This document shows, piece by piece, positions 24,281 through 36,300 of a stretch of 64,000 nt of DNA (position 1 is the stretch's first letter; each line of letters starts with the position of its first letter). A program made the position numbers and the translations under genes. The stretch comes from Gnetum montanum. Taxonomy: Eukaryota > Plantae > Gnetophyta. The notes below the pieces were generated by a model, which did not search any database, had not been told where the DNA came from, and saw only the letters and a program-made list of their open reading frames with translations. The stretch covers positions 100,923-164,922 of the forward strand of contig MNCI01003125.1 of the NCBI GenBank assembly GCA_015680685.1, written 5' to 3'.

Positions 24281-24623
24281 TGCATGCAAGGCCACTGAAA
24301 CTACCACCACTGCGGTCATCATAACCGTGGGGGCTAGGGCAATTTAAGTTACTTGACCCTTGCATGTCATAAGGTAAAACCCTTAGGAGGGCTAGGCTGT
24401 GTGCAATGCGGCAGTGCGATATGTGTTTTTCTAGGGCATGTCATCAATTGTTTTGTTGCCACCTTAGGCAATCCGCATGTTCTTGCTATGCTAGGCTTTC
24501 ATGCCCTTGCTTATGTGTGGGCAGAGGGTTATGCTATGCTATATGCATGAACTACTAGGCATCGCTATGTTGCATGTGTATTGCCCTTAGTGTGATGCAA
24601 ACATTCACTAATTGTGTTGTGCA

Positions 24624-27600
24624 GGGCGGGGCTAAGGCCTAAGTTGATTATTTTGAAAATTAGAGGGGTCTTGTGCCATGTGAGAAGATCTGTGGCCAAT
24701 GCTCCTCCTCCCCAGATACATATGGGAGAGCGAGGAGTTTGGTTCAGGGTAGGGGCATGGAACTTTTTGCAATTCCTACTTGACCACTTTAGTGTGATCG
24801 TTTGGTCCTCCTTGGAGGAGGAGGAGGCATTCGACATAACAGAAGCCATGTTTCTTGGGGCAAGTCAGGGAATTTTGAGATTTTTTACCGATGGGGCAAT
24901 CGTGAGTAGGCAGGGAGAGGGATCCAGCCAACATTTAGTAGGGTTAATGCGTTTAGCCTGGATCTAGGACATGCCTGAATACAACTGCTACCACCATTAC
25001 AACACATTGTTCCTCGGATGTTACATGTCAACGTGCTTTTAGAACCCATAGGGGACTATCTATTGTGCTGGCGGGTGAGTCTTGCAACTTTGTGTCACTA
25101 CGTTGTGCAATGTTGGCTATATCAGCCAAATGATAATAGTACATGTTTGCTACCAAGTTCTTTATCAATGATGATGGGGTTCATGATTGATCAGGTCTAT
25201 TGGCTATAGCACAACTAGCCTTATAGGAATTCTCTTCTACTAAGAACCTGTGGGCGGGTGCGATCGGTCAATGCGGGGGAGAGTACCATACCTACCCAAG
25301 CACATTTCATGTTCCCTATAATCAATGCAAGGAGAAGGATTAAAGAAGTTCTGGTTGAACTCCCATTGTTCCTATTATCATATAGGCCCAGTGGGTCAAA
25401 CAGTAAGTGTCGTATGCTCTAATTTTTTGGCAATCCTTGTATTTCTTGCATCATTATGCTAAGTGTGTTTTGTGAAAACTATTATAGGGGCAAAGAAGCC
25501 CTAGGAGGTGATGGTAGTATCTGTCGAGACGTAGGGGGTGAACATCTACTTCAAATAAGGTGAAGTAGAAGCAAGCTAGCATTGGCTAAACCATGGGGCC
25601 TCAGACTCCCTAGTCTAGAACGTCCAAAATGTGGGGCTTTTGGATCTGTTCAAGGCCCTGAATTCGAGCGTTCCTGCTACTGAGATGCTCTCCCTGGTTA
25701 ACTCCTTCTCTAAAAGGGTGGGCCATTTTTGCACACATATATGGGACATGCAGGTGGTCATTAAAATTAATGACCAGCTATTTACAGACTTGTTTGGTGT
25801 TCCTGCCGATGGCCTCTTCATAGGGTTGAAGGGAAAGAGGGAGTTGACCCTTTAGAAGAAAGATATCGAGGAGTGATTGGGGCTTGTTAAGGAGTGAAAA
25901 GGGCTCCCCATGGATAACCTTAAGGATGGGCCTTCCATGGAGATTTACCCCATCTTCCATGCTCATGCATTCCCCCAACTGCTTACCCAAGGGAAGGTCC
26001 TGGGGCTTGAGCAGGCCTAAATAATATGCGAGGTTATGGAAGAAGGGGCCCGTTACAACTAGGCTAGTTTCCTATGTAACAACTTACAAGATGAGATTTT
26101 GGGACTCCATGAGAAAATGGAGTTCCACTCCAACATACACTATGCCTTCTACATAGGTTGTCTGAAGCACTTCGTGGAGTTTCTGGTGGTTTAAGAGGAT
26201 GGAGTCTGGGTCATGTGAAATTGCAACTAGATTTCCAGGTTGTGGATTCACCATGTCCTCCAAACCACACACAAGACCAAGATCCCATAGAAATAATCAG
26301 GGAGTTCTTATCTATAACGATCAAGGATCTGGTGATTCACAATGTTCATGGCTAGGATAGCATAGGAGAGATGCCCCCTGTTATAGCCGGTAGCATGACA
26401 TGAGGGGAACGTTTCATAGCTGAGATTGTGCCGAAGAAGTTGTGAAGGAAGAGGCCTCCCCCAGCCAAGGAAACCCTTCGTGTGGAGGAAGAGGAGGGAC
26501 AAAGACTATGGCTTAAGCTGTAGAGGACACAACCCCCCATTGGTAAATGCTTTTGTATAATGCTTACTCTATTATTTTTTTCTATGTTATGCTATGCTAG
26601 GCAGTGTAGCGTAGCATAGCATCTGCTTTTAATTAACTTATTTTGGATCAATGCAAACATGCTTCTTTGCTAGCAGAGGAAGAAGAAGAAGAAGAAGAAG
26701 GTGATGAAGAAGTGTTAGCCCCTAAAACAAGGGTGACGAATGACGACATGGAGGCCCCAGTCTCACTGGAAAGGGCCCCAATCAAGAATAAAGGAGCTTC
26801 TATCTCTAGGACAAGGGCTCTTGTTATTAGAGAGCCTCTTTCTACTAATGAAGAGGCATCTCCCTTGAATAAAAAAGATGCTAATCTTCTGAAAGAAAAG
26901 GCACCAGCACATGAGGAAGGTGCTCGTGTAGACTTAGTAAGGCATTCCACCAAGGCTACCGCCATCGTCTTGCATCAGCAAGAAGTAAGACCATAGCTAG
27001 ACACTGGTGAGTTTGGTGATACGTCTGCCTTGTCATGGTCCATTATGGCCATTGCTAATATGGTTAGTCATGTAATAGGCACTACTGCTAATGCTGAAGG
27101 ACCTCTTCCAATTTGTGTGGAGTCATGGGCTGAGATCCCTGACAAGTTTGCATTCATGCAATGACTTGTCAACGACATGATCAAACATCTTCAGCAGGTG
27201 GACCCTGACGCATGTAAGTAGTCGTGTTAAGTACTCTTATGTTGCAATGCTAAAAATTTTTGAGTTTGTTGATTTTGGTATACTAACGTGATTGCTATGC
27301 TCTTTGTGTCAAGGTAGCCTCTTGGCTCAAATGGGACCCGATGCAACCTATGAAAGTTGGCACCGTGCCTACACTCTCACCTAACATGATCAAGGTGCCT
27401 TGTTGCATGTTCGATGAAGCTTATGAGTGCATCTTGCATTCGGCACACTCCCTATGGGAGTATAAGTGTGTCAATGAGAACTTATGGAAATGGGTCCAAA
27501 GGGCTGAGTAAAGAGAGGCCAACCTGGTCACTGAGGTAGAGGATCTCAAGTCGAGGAACAAGTTCCTTGCAACCCGTAACCCTAATAATGAGGATTGGCA

Positions 27601-28362
27601 TACGGCTGTAGAAGACTATGACAAGTTTTGGACTTTCCTTCATCAGAATGTTGAATCCACTCGTGAGATAATTGAATAGCAAATGCAGATGGACTTGGTA
27701 GCCTAGAAGTGTTAAGACATGAAATATTTTAGTGCCAAAGTTTTTGAATGGGGGAAAACCTAGAGAAATAACAAACACGTGTACAAGCTAGAGAATGACA
27801 CCCATCGAAAATTGTACAAAGGTGCTGCTATGGAGGCATTCACATATGAAGCATTCATGAATTCCATTGACACTTCTGAGGCCTATGCCAAATTCAAAGA
27901 GTAGGTAAAGGTTACGAAATCTCCTGACTTAAAAGTGGACCTTCCCATAGGAGAGACTGTGACCGTCTCCTTTTCCCTGGGACCTTCAAGTGGACGATCA
28001 TGGAAAGGGAGAGAGTTGCTATTGTGGCTACTAAACCTAGCAATAGGTGTTGGATGGACATCATGACAGAGGAGGTTTGGCATTACCTTAGGCTCGGTTT
28101 AGACCGAATACCCTTTGAGACTGACGCAGGCCCTTCTCAAGTTAGTTGCTTTACTGTGTTGGTGTTTATGCTCTATTGTAACTTGCATTTGTTGCCCTAG
28201 CTGACTGCTTCATTCCCAAGATGTAGGCTCTAGATGAGGGTGCAAGGCTCGTAGAGGGAGGGAATGAAGAATTGGCAAAGGGCAACATAGGAGAAGGTAA
28301 TGCAAAAAATTGATGGCACAAAGGTGAGCGGCGAAGCTAATGTAAATAGAGAAAACCCATGA
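24624..28362 (+). pseudogene. Antisense accessory gene of B (promoter and first exon deleted)
   Basis: ORF 24614-24967 RPKLIILKIRGVLC..WFRVGAWNFLQFLLDHFSVIVWSS; intron 25075-25156; acidic stretch EEEEEEEEGDEE at ~26675-26710; colinear with A. Confidence 0.8.
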
Positions 28363-28538
28363 CTGCATGGGAGTCTCTTTTTTTTCTTTTTTTTTTTAAA
28401 TTTTGAAATTTTGAAATTTTGTACAAGTTTTGCAAACATTGTCAACAGGTGAAAGTTTTGAATGGAATGAAAAACTTCAAGAAAGAAATTGATTTTGCAT
28501 TAACTTATGTATTGTGTAAAGTTTCCATGCTTTCATAT

Positions 28539-28722
28539 GCTAGTTTTAGGTCGTTTCGGGCCTTTGCATAACATGCCAAAAGAATTGTATGTTAATAAAG
28601 AAAAACAAAACAATGCTAGTTTTAGGCCATTTCGTGCCATTGCTAGTTTTAGGCCATTTCGGGCCATTGCTAGTTTTTGGCCGTTTCGGGCCATTGCTAG
28701 TTTTAGGCCGTTTCGGGCCATA
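28539..28722. repeat. 27-bp array of B (1+4 units)
   Basis: gctagttttaggccrtttcgggccatt units. Confidence 0.9.
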
Positions 28723-28837
28723 ATGTAGCATGCCAAAGAATGGCATGTTAGTGAAACAAAAAGTAATGAATGTGTATGGGCTGGCAAGTGGGTGGGAAGT
28801 AGTAGAGTTGCTAGGCTATGCATAGCTACCTCTTGAC

Positions 28838-31800
28838 CTGCCATGGGTTGATTGGAATGTAAGGACGATAGGTTTTGCCAAAGCCTTCATCTACGTCATC
28901 GCCTCCTACTTGGAAGGGAAACTCAGTCCATGCATTTTCATTTTGGGTATCAACTTGCTAAGCTGACCCCTCTAGGTTTTCAGTGTAGATTGCTATAGGT
29001 GCTTCATTTTCAGAAGTTATAACTTTTGAGCGCTGTTCCATGCCTACATTATGAATTTCTTATGTCGCTACTTCATCATCATAGATCACCACTTCTTTTC
29101 CTACGTATGGCAAGTGGATTTCCTGGTGTATGGGTGAGGAAATAGCCCTAAGTTGTGCTAACCATGATCTCCCCAAGATAAGGTTAAACTCGAGCATTTC
29201 TTCAACCATGATGAATGTTGTGTTGGTGGGGAATTAGTCCCTTGCTATGAATTTCATATGAACTATGCCCTTCACTACGACCCACGCCCCATTGAATGAC
29301 CTCAGGCATGAGGTTGTCGTGGGTTTGATTTGGTTGACCAAGCCCAGCCTATCCACAATGGGGAAGGAGATTGCATTTGTAGCAGCCCCATCATCAACAT
29401 GTACCCTTCAGATCTGGTGTTGGCCGACCCAAATTATGATGAAAAGAGGCACCATAGTCACTTGACTCCTCTCGGGGCCTTCCTTAATGGCCTTGTCATG
29501 GAAGGTTAGTTGAGGTTGTTGTGATCATAAAGGCACAGAGGGAAGCATGACTGAGTAGATCACTTCATCTTTCACGGGCATGTCTTCAATGACCAGAGTC
29601 ACTATCAACATGTGGATCAGGGCTTTGCGATGTGGAATAAATGTCATGATTAGGTCATACAAGCTCAACATAGTGTTTTTTTGTTTTAGAGCTTGCTTGA
29701 CTTGTGTGAGGGTGTCTAAGAAGTCTTGGCTACCTTCTTGTTTGATGCTCTTCTCCTCTTCTATTCGTCCCGAAAGACAAATTTCCTGAGGAGAGGCGAC
29801 TTCAGATCTAGCTTTAGATCCTTGTCGGTAGAGTGAAGTAGGCTGCATAGTCGCATCGACCTTCATCTTTGGTGGAAAAGGTACAGATGCGTGGGATGAA
29901 GACATAGGCTTGGGGGTACCTTTGATGGTATTTCCCTTCGATGTATCATCGCAAAGTGGACTTCTCAGCTTGCAGGGTGAGAAGGTTGTTCAACTGCATT
30001 GCATAGGGTAGGGACCATTGAGGGTGTTAGCCCCCTGATAACAAATGGAGCTAGAGGTATTAGCGGATCAAAGCGCGTGGCTCCGCTAACAGGTGACACA
30101 AAGGTGGGTTCTTGTGGTGGGACTTTCAGGACGAATGGCTACTGCAGGCTTTAGTTAGCCGCTCATGGTGCTAGTGCACTATGTTGAGGCACACGGACCA
30201 CGAATGGCTGTCGAGGTGGCCTAGGATCACTATCAATTCTTATGGTGTTGATTACGTAATCAACATGGTTGGTGTTGAGGGGATATTTGTAGATGTAAAT
30301 AGATTGGTTTTTAGGGTGTACTAGGTTGATTTTGTCTAGCACCAGTTTCCCTAGGTCAATTAATCTTTGGATGTCATCCTGCAATGCTAGACAGTAATCA
30401 GTGTTGTGACCACACTGTTGGTGGTAGTCACAAAACCTGTCCAGCCTAAAACCCCTAGGAACTAAACGCTCATTGGGCAAGGCCAAAGAGGGGTTGCTAA
30501 TGAGCTCGTAGTAGCATTGATGTCTTGTGTTTGCTTCATCCAACATCTTCTTGTGTTGGATGTACCCTGCTGCCAATAGTTGCTTCAGGACTTCTGAAGG
30601 CTTGAGAGGTAGTGGGGTATACTTTGAGCGGTCTTTGCACTTAAAGTTGGGTTTGGTTTGCGTAGATGTCTTGGGTGTAGATATAGCAAGTTGCAGTACA
30701 TGGCCCTACTTGGGCGTAGGGTTAGCCATGGGTATGGCCAATTTCTTACTGTTCTTGCTACCATTGTTGCTAGGCTTAGGCTTGTCCTTAGTCACCACAA
30801 TGGCCACTATGGTTGTTGGGGCCTTACCCTTGTCCTTCTTTGCAAAGGTATTTTTGTAAGCAATGTAGGCCAGGTCTTTGCTTGCCTTGGCCATGTCTTG
30901 TATGCCCTTAGTTTGAGCAAAAGTTTGACTAAGGGAGCAAGGACCAAGGTAGTATATTTTGAACTTGATAAAGTTATTCACTGCACCCTTAAAGATGGCC
31001 AGCAGATGAGCCTCCATGATGGGTTCATGAATTTCGTTAAGGGTTATGCTCCAATGTTGAATGAACTTTTGGATTGGATCTAGAACATCTTGCTTTATGC
31101 TCATCAATTGGTCCACCGTGGTTTCTAGCTTCAAGTTGTACTTGAAGCACGTCACAAATTGGGTTAGGAGCTCTTCCAAAGTTGAAATGGATAAGCGTGG
31201 CAATGTGTGGTACCGATTCAAGGCTTTCCCTGCTAGGGACTTGGCGAAGATGTGAATAATTTTGTGTGGCCATTTTTGCAATAATAAAGACTCAAACTTG
31301 AAGGTAACAAGATGTGCATTGGGATCTCCCTCCCCATCCTACTTCGTGAAGTGTGGAAGAGGCATCCTTGGGGGTAGTGTTAAAGCAGGGATTATGGGGA
31401 TGATAGGGTCGTTCTGGTAGAAGTCCATGACTTGTACCGTGTCAGATCCAGTAGCTTTGAGGCATTTTATTTCCTCAATGAGGGTCTGGATGAGTTGGAA
31501 TGCTTGGTCCAGACCCGGTGATGTTGTAGCTAGTTGGGGAACTACAGAGGAAGCTCCCACTTATGGCATGATGGGGGTAGGGGCATGATCCATTGGTGGT
31601 ACCATTGGGAGGACCCCCACAAGTAGTGCTACCTGTGTTGTCCACCACATGGCAAGTGACATTGTTAGGGTAGCAACCGTGGGTTGGGCTTTCAAATGGA
31701 CTGCTTGTATCACCTGTAGTGTAGACCATAACCTCATGTTGGGTTCTATTGTCTATGAGGCTTGGTGGGCTTGTGAACGAATGTAGTGAGACATTTGTGA

Positions 31801-32576
31801 CAACTTTGGAATGGGCGAAGAAGCAAATGGGGCCCACCATGTGGATGGGTCGAGGCTCACCATACATGAATGTAGGAATAGAGACAAAAGTCATGTACGA
31901 TTGTGAAATAGGCATGGTATGAACATGTGGAAGGGTAGCCACGATTGGTGTATGATGTGCTACAGAAATAGAATGCTGAACAGTCGGTAGAGGGATAGTC
32001 ATTAAAAACAACATAGGTGAACTAGGTGAAAGAGGGTGTTGGGACCCCACAAGATTGGCATGGCTACCCATAGCAGATCTAATCGTGGGTTGTGGAAGCG
32101 TAGGCATAATCACAAAGGGAGCGGTGACATACAATGGCTTGGACCAAAAGGACTGGGTAGGAGGGACAGGAACGGGGTTGGTTGGACCTTCCTCGTCTGA
32201 TTGGGAATCAAGTTCCTCCTGTCTATCCTAGAAAGCATCATCTTGGTTGGATGTAGTATCCAATTGCTTCCTAAGCCTAGCCAACTGGATTAATTACTCT
32301 AGAAGCCTTTGGTACACTTGTGTTAAAGGTAAAGAAACGCTAGGAGTAGGAACAAACTCCTTCCCATTGTAGTAAGTGAACTCGAAGCTACATTTTTCCT
32401 TGAGTTCGTGTCAATCTCTCAGGTCCTCGATTTTGGATTCTAAGAGATCAACATGTTTCTAGGATCGGGTTTAGCGGTTGTTCGGCACTAGTAGTGCCTT
32501 GAATCGTGATGGGGTCTTCAATGTTGAAGGGAACTTCCATGTTGAAGACATTGGTGGCAATAGTTGAAAAAGCCAT
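28838..32576 (-). pseudogene. gag: gag-protease of B
   Basis: FCDYHQQCGHNTDYC knuckle, gag core, protease VDDGAA; colinear with A. Confidence 0.92.
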
Positions 32577-32659
32577 TGCAAGCTAAATAGTTTTGTAGAA
32601 AAGTGCAACAAGTGCAAAAAGGAAAAAAGAGATTGAAAGGAAACAAAAAGAAGGCTTCA

Positions 32660-33310
32660 CATCTTGCAGGATCCTAGAGGAATCATTGAGGCAACCGATC
32701 TGCACCACACAAAGCATAAGCAACCACAAAAGGATATCACATTTACACCAGTGTGTGATTAGGTATAGAGCACATGCACGACTATTGCAAGATAGGTAAG
32801 CTAACTAGCGATCAAAGGCTTTGCGTCTCATAGGATCCCAGAGGGACCATCAAAGTGACTGATCTGCACCACGTGAGATGGGGTACAAAATGCATGCAAG
32901 ACTACCGTAAGATAAGCTAGTCAACTGGCAACCAATAAGGCTTTATGTCTTGTAGGATTTCAAAGGAACCTTCAAGGCGACTAGTCTATACCACATGTGA
33001 TGGGGTACAGAACCCATGCAAGACTACTGTAAGATAGGCAAGCTAACTAGTGACCAAGAAGGCTTTATGTCTCGTAGGATTCTAGAGGAACCGTCGGGGC
33101 AACTGGTCTATACCACACATGATGGGGTATAGAACTCATGCAAGACTACTGTAAGATAGGCAAGCTAGTTAACTAGCAATTGGAGGTCTCATGTTCTATA
33201 GGGCTCCAGAGGAACCGTTGAGGCGACCGACTTGCACCGTACAAAGCACAAACAATTGCAAAAGGGTGTCACGTTTACACTTATGCGTATTAAGGTGCAG
33301 AAGGCTCACA
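32660..33310. repeat. ~120-bp tandem array in the 5' UTR of B (~5 units; ~2 units in A at ~17655-17960)
   Basis: Repeated gatggggtac..aa..catgcaagactac.gtaagata...ggctttatgtct..taggat. Confidence 0.85.
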
Positions 33311-33367
33311 GAACTATCATGACATGTGAAAAAGGCACCAAAGGCCCTCCTTCTAGTGCCAGAAAAT

Positions 33368-34931
33368 TGTAGCAACCAAAAACGTCAGTGGTTGAAAAAC
33401 ACTAAGGGGTTTCTAGGCACAATAGTCTCGACCTTGTACTCGCAGGAGGGCCGTGCTGGGTGTGGGTGGATACGGGGCACCCTAAACAGTCTGGTCGATT
33501 AGAAAGGGACTTAATTGGCATCTATATAGCCTTTAGTGGCATATGGTTTTAAAAATGGGGATGAAAACGTGAAATAATACTTGAGAGTAAATAATGCAGA
33601 AAAAATAGTGCAAAACGCAACAATAAGCAGGAAACAAGGTAAAATACAGTTAGAAAAATGCACCACTCTAAAGTTACAAGTTTGCTCTATCAAGGTGGAT
33701 ATAGTTGGTTGCACAGCATGGTAGAGTGTAGAGATCTTGAGAGTAACCAAGACATGTAGAGAAAAATAGGTTGTGTACTTGGGTGTGGCCTTGGGTGCTG
33801 ACAATGTGATGATTCTACCAAGGTGCTAGAAATGGAAACAGAACAAAATGCCAACTAAAGATGCTAAATTTTTGTAGTGTCAAACAGAAATCTTACAATG
33901 CTCAGTGCTCAATGTTATGATGCTTGCTTTTTTTTTTTGAACCTCTAGAGATAATCCAACCCTTTGAGTGCTACTCATCGAGGTATTTATAGGGCTGAAG
34001 GGCATGCGAAAGGGACAATTTGGATGCCATGTGCCCCGGGCCCATGTTGACTTGCTGGCACCACACGTGCCATGTAATACCATTAGACCTGCAAGATCAT
34101 TGTAATGCGAGCCTGTTATGCCATAACTATGAGCCTACCACACCGTAATTGCATCGTCAGCATCTGGAGACATGTGCCAATGGTTCAATTAGGTGAAGTG
34201 CATTGATGTCGCACAACCACTCGCATGCCTTGTTGTGCTTTGTAGCATAGCACCTTGTCATGCGTTCCACTACATGTGTATTGCATGCTTGCTACACTAT
34301 GCTACGCTACATAGCATAGTGACTAGCCTTAGTCACGAAAGATTTGCCAATTTGCAAACTTTGCTTCTTGCGATGTAAGACTTTGCAAACTTTGAGCTAC
34401 CTTCTGTCTCTTCTGCAAGATTGCTATGCCTTGCTACGCTATGTAGCTGAGCGTAGCATAGTAGTAGACATGGTCTGTTGCTTCTTGACAGAAAGGGACA
34501 TTGTTGAAGGACTTGAAATTGGGCAAGGGGACTGGCTGTGAAGCTGTTGCCATGCTATGCTACATCACGTAGCGTAGTGTAGTGTAGCACTTTATTCTAC
34601 AATCATCTTCTGAAGCTTTCTACGCTACATAGTGAGGCATAGCATAGTGTAGCAGACTTCGTGACTTAGAAAACTTGTTGAACAATTTCACGCATGCGGA
34701 ATGCTGTTGCCAACTCCGTGCATCATTTCTGAATAGGCTGTTGGCTGGGCAGGCTACGTAGGTGCACAGGAAGGATGACTCGTAGAGCCTATTTACACCT
34801 AAAGTAGAAATTTTTTTGAACTGGCCGACCTGAATTCATAGCATTCTCCTCTTGAAGAACTGTCATAGTGCTTGCATGAATTACAAGGCCTGGTGAAGCA
34901 AGAATGACTTTGGAATTTTTGGGATGTTTCA
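33368..34931 (-). repeat. 5' LTR of B
   Basis: Adjacent to PBS 33345-33361; TATA at ~33982-33993. Confidence 0.95.
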
Positions 34932-34936
34932 AAATG

Positions 34937-36295
34937 TGGATACAATTGGTTGCATGATGCTGGGAGGTGTAGAGATCCCAAAGGTAACCAAGATGTCTAG
35001 AGTAAGACAACTGTATGCTTGAACGTGGACTTGGGAGTCAACCATGTACAATGCTATGAGGATAGTAGGAAAGAGTAGAATAGAATGCCAAAACAAGGGT
35101 GCCAACCGTTTGTAGTGTCAAACAAGATGTTTACAATGCTCAGGAATGCAATGCTAACTTTTTCTTGCCAGCTGATTAGATCACCAACCAATCGATAAAA
35201 CGACTTGCTACTTGTGTTTTTGCCAAAAAAGACCTAGAACTAGACCCTTTGAGCATTTCTCATTGGGGTATTTATAGGGCCAAGGGCACGTGAAAGGTGC
35301 AGTTTCGACGTCATGTGCCTTGGGCCCGTGTTAACTTGTCTGTGCTACATGGACGTGCATGACAGTTGTAATTACGAGCCTATCATGCTGTAATTGCAAG
35401 CTTGCCATGCATTAATTGTGAGCCTTCCATGCTGTAATTGCACCATTAGAGTTTGGAGATGTGTGCCAACGGTGCAATTGGGTGAAGTGCATTGATGTGG
35501 CGTAACTACTTGCTACACTATGCTATGCTTTTTAGTGTAGCATGTTGGCGTAGCGTAGCATCTTGTTACACATCTCGTTGCATGTGTTGGAAGCCTTTGA
35601 AGTGTGATGACTATTTATTGCATATTTTCTACACTATGCTATTCTATGCAGCGTAGCATAGCATAGCAGCTAGCCTTAGTCTCAAAAATGTTGCCAATCT
35701 GCAAACTTTACCTTTTGCACTGTGAAACTTGTTAACTTGCTGATCTCGCCCTTTGAGATGCCCTCTGTCACTTTTGCAAAATTTCTATGCCTCTTTGTGC
35801 CATGTAGCTCAACATAGTATAGTAGCCAACATGGCTTGATTTTTGTCAAGTTCACCACTTTTTGATGGAAGGAGACATTGCTGAAGGACTTGAAGTCGAG
35901 CGAGGGGATTGACTGTCTAGCTTTTGCTACGCTGTGCTACACTATGTAGCATAGCATAGCATAGCACTTTGCTTCTACAAACATCTTTTGAAGTCTTCTA
36001 CATTACATAGAGTACCAAAACTCCTTGACTTAGAAAACTTGCCGAAGTGTTTTACGCATTCTAAGCACCATCAAAAATTCCACGCATCTCTTCTAAGTGC
36101 ATGGTCGACTAGATGAATAGCTCAGGTGGGTAGGCTGGAGAATCCATTTAGCCTATTGGCACTTGGGATAGAAAACTTGTCGAATTGGACAGTCTAATCA
36201 TCAGAGCATCCATCTCCTAAAGAATTACTATGATGCTGCATGAATTGCAAAGACTTGGTGAAGCAAGGATGCCTTCAAAATTTTGGGATGTTTCA
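34937..36295 (-). repeat. 5' LTR of A, part 2
   Basis: Matches ~1518-2891; ends tgtttca followed by the TSD. Confidence 0.93.
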
Positions 36296-36300
36296 CTGAT

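Larger units (their letters stand above)
18345..34931 (-). mobile_element. Element B: related Tat-type LTR retrotransposon nested in the 5' LTR of A
   Basis: LTR pair, PPT, PBS, gag-PR, pol; flanks AAAGG (18340-18344) / AAATG (34932-34936); the LTR of A resumes at tggatacaattgg. Confidence 0.95.
1186..36295 (-). mobile_element. Element A: full-length degenerate Tat-type Ty3/gypsy LTR retrotransposon (contains nested element B)
   Basis: Two homologous LTRs (element orientation TGAAACA...GCTACA), PPT, PBS, gag-PR, RT-RH-aRH-INT; flanked by CTGAC (1181-1185) / CTGAT (36296-36300); the gag of element C continues across the insertion. Confidence 0.95.
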
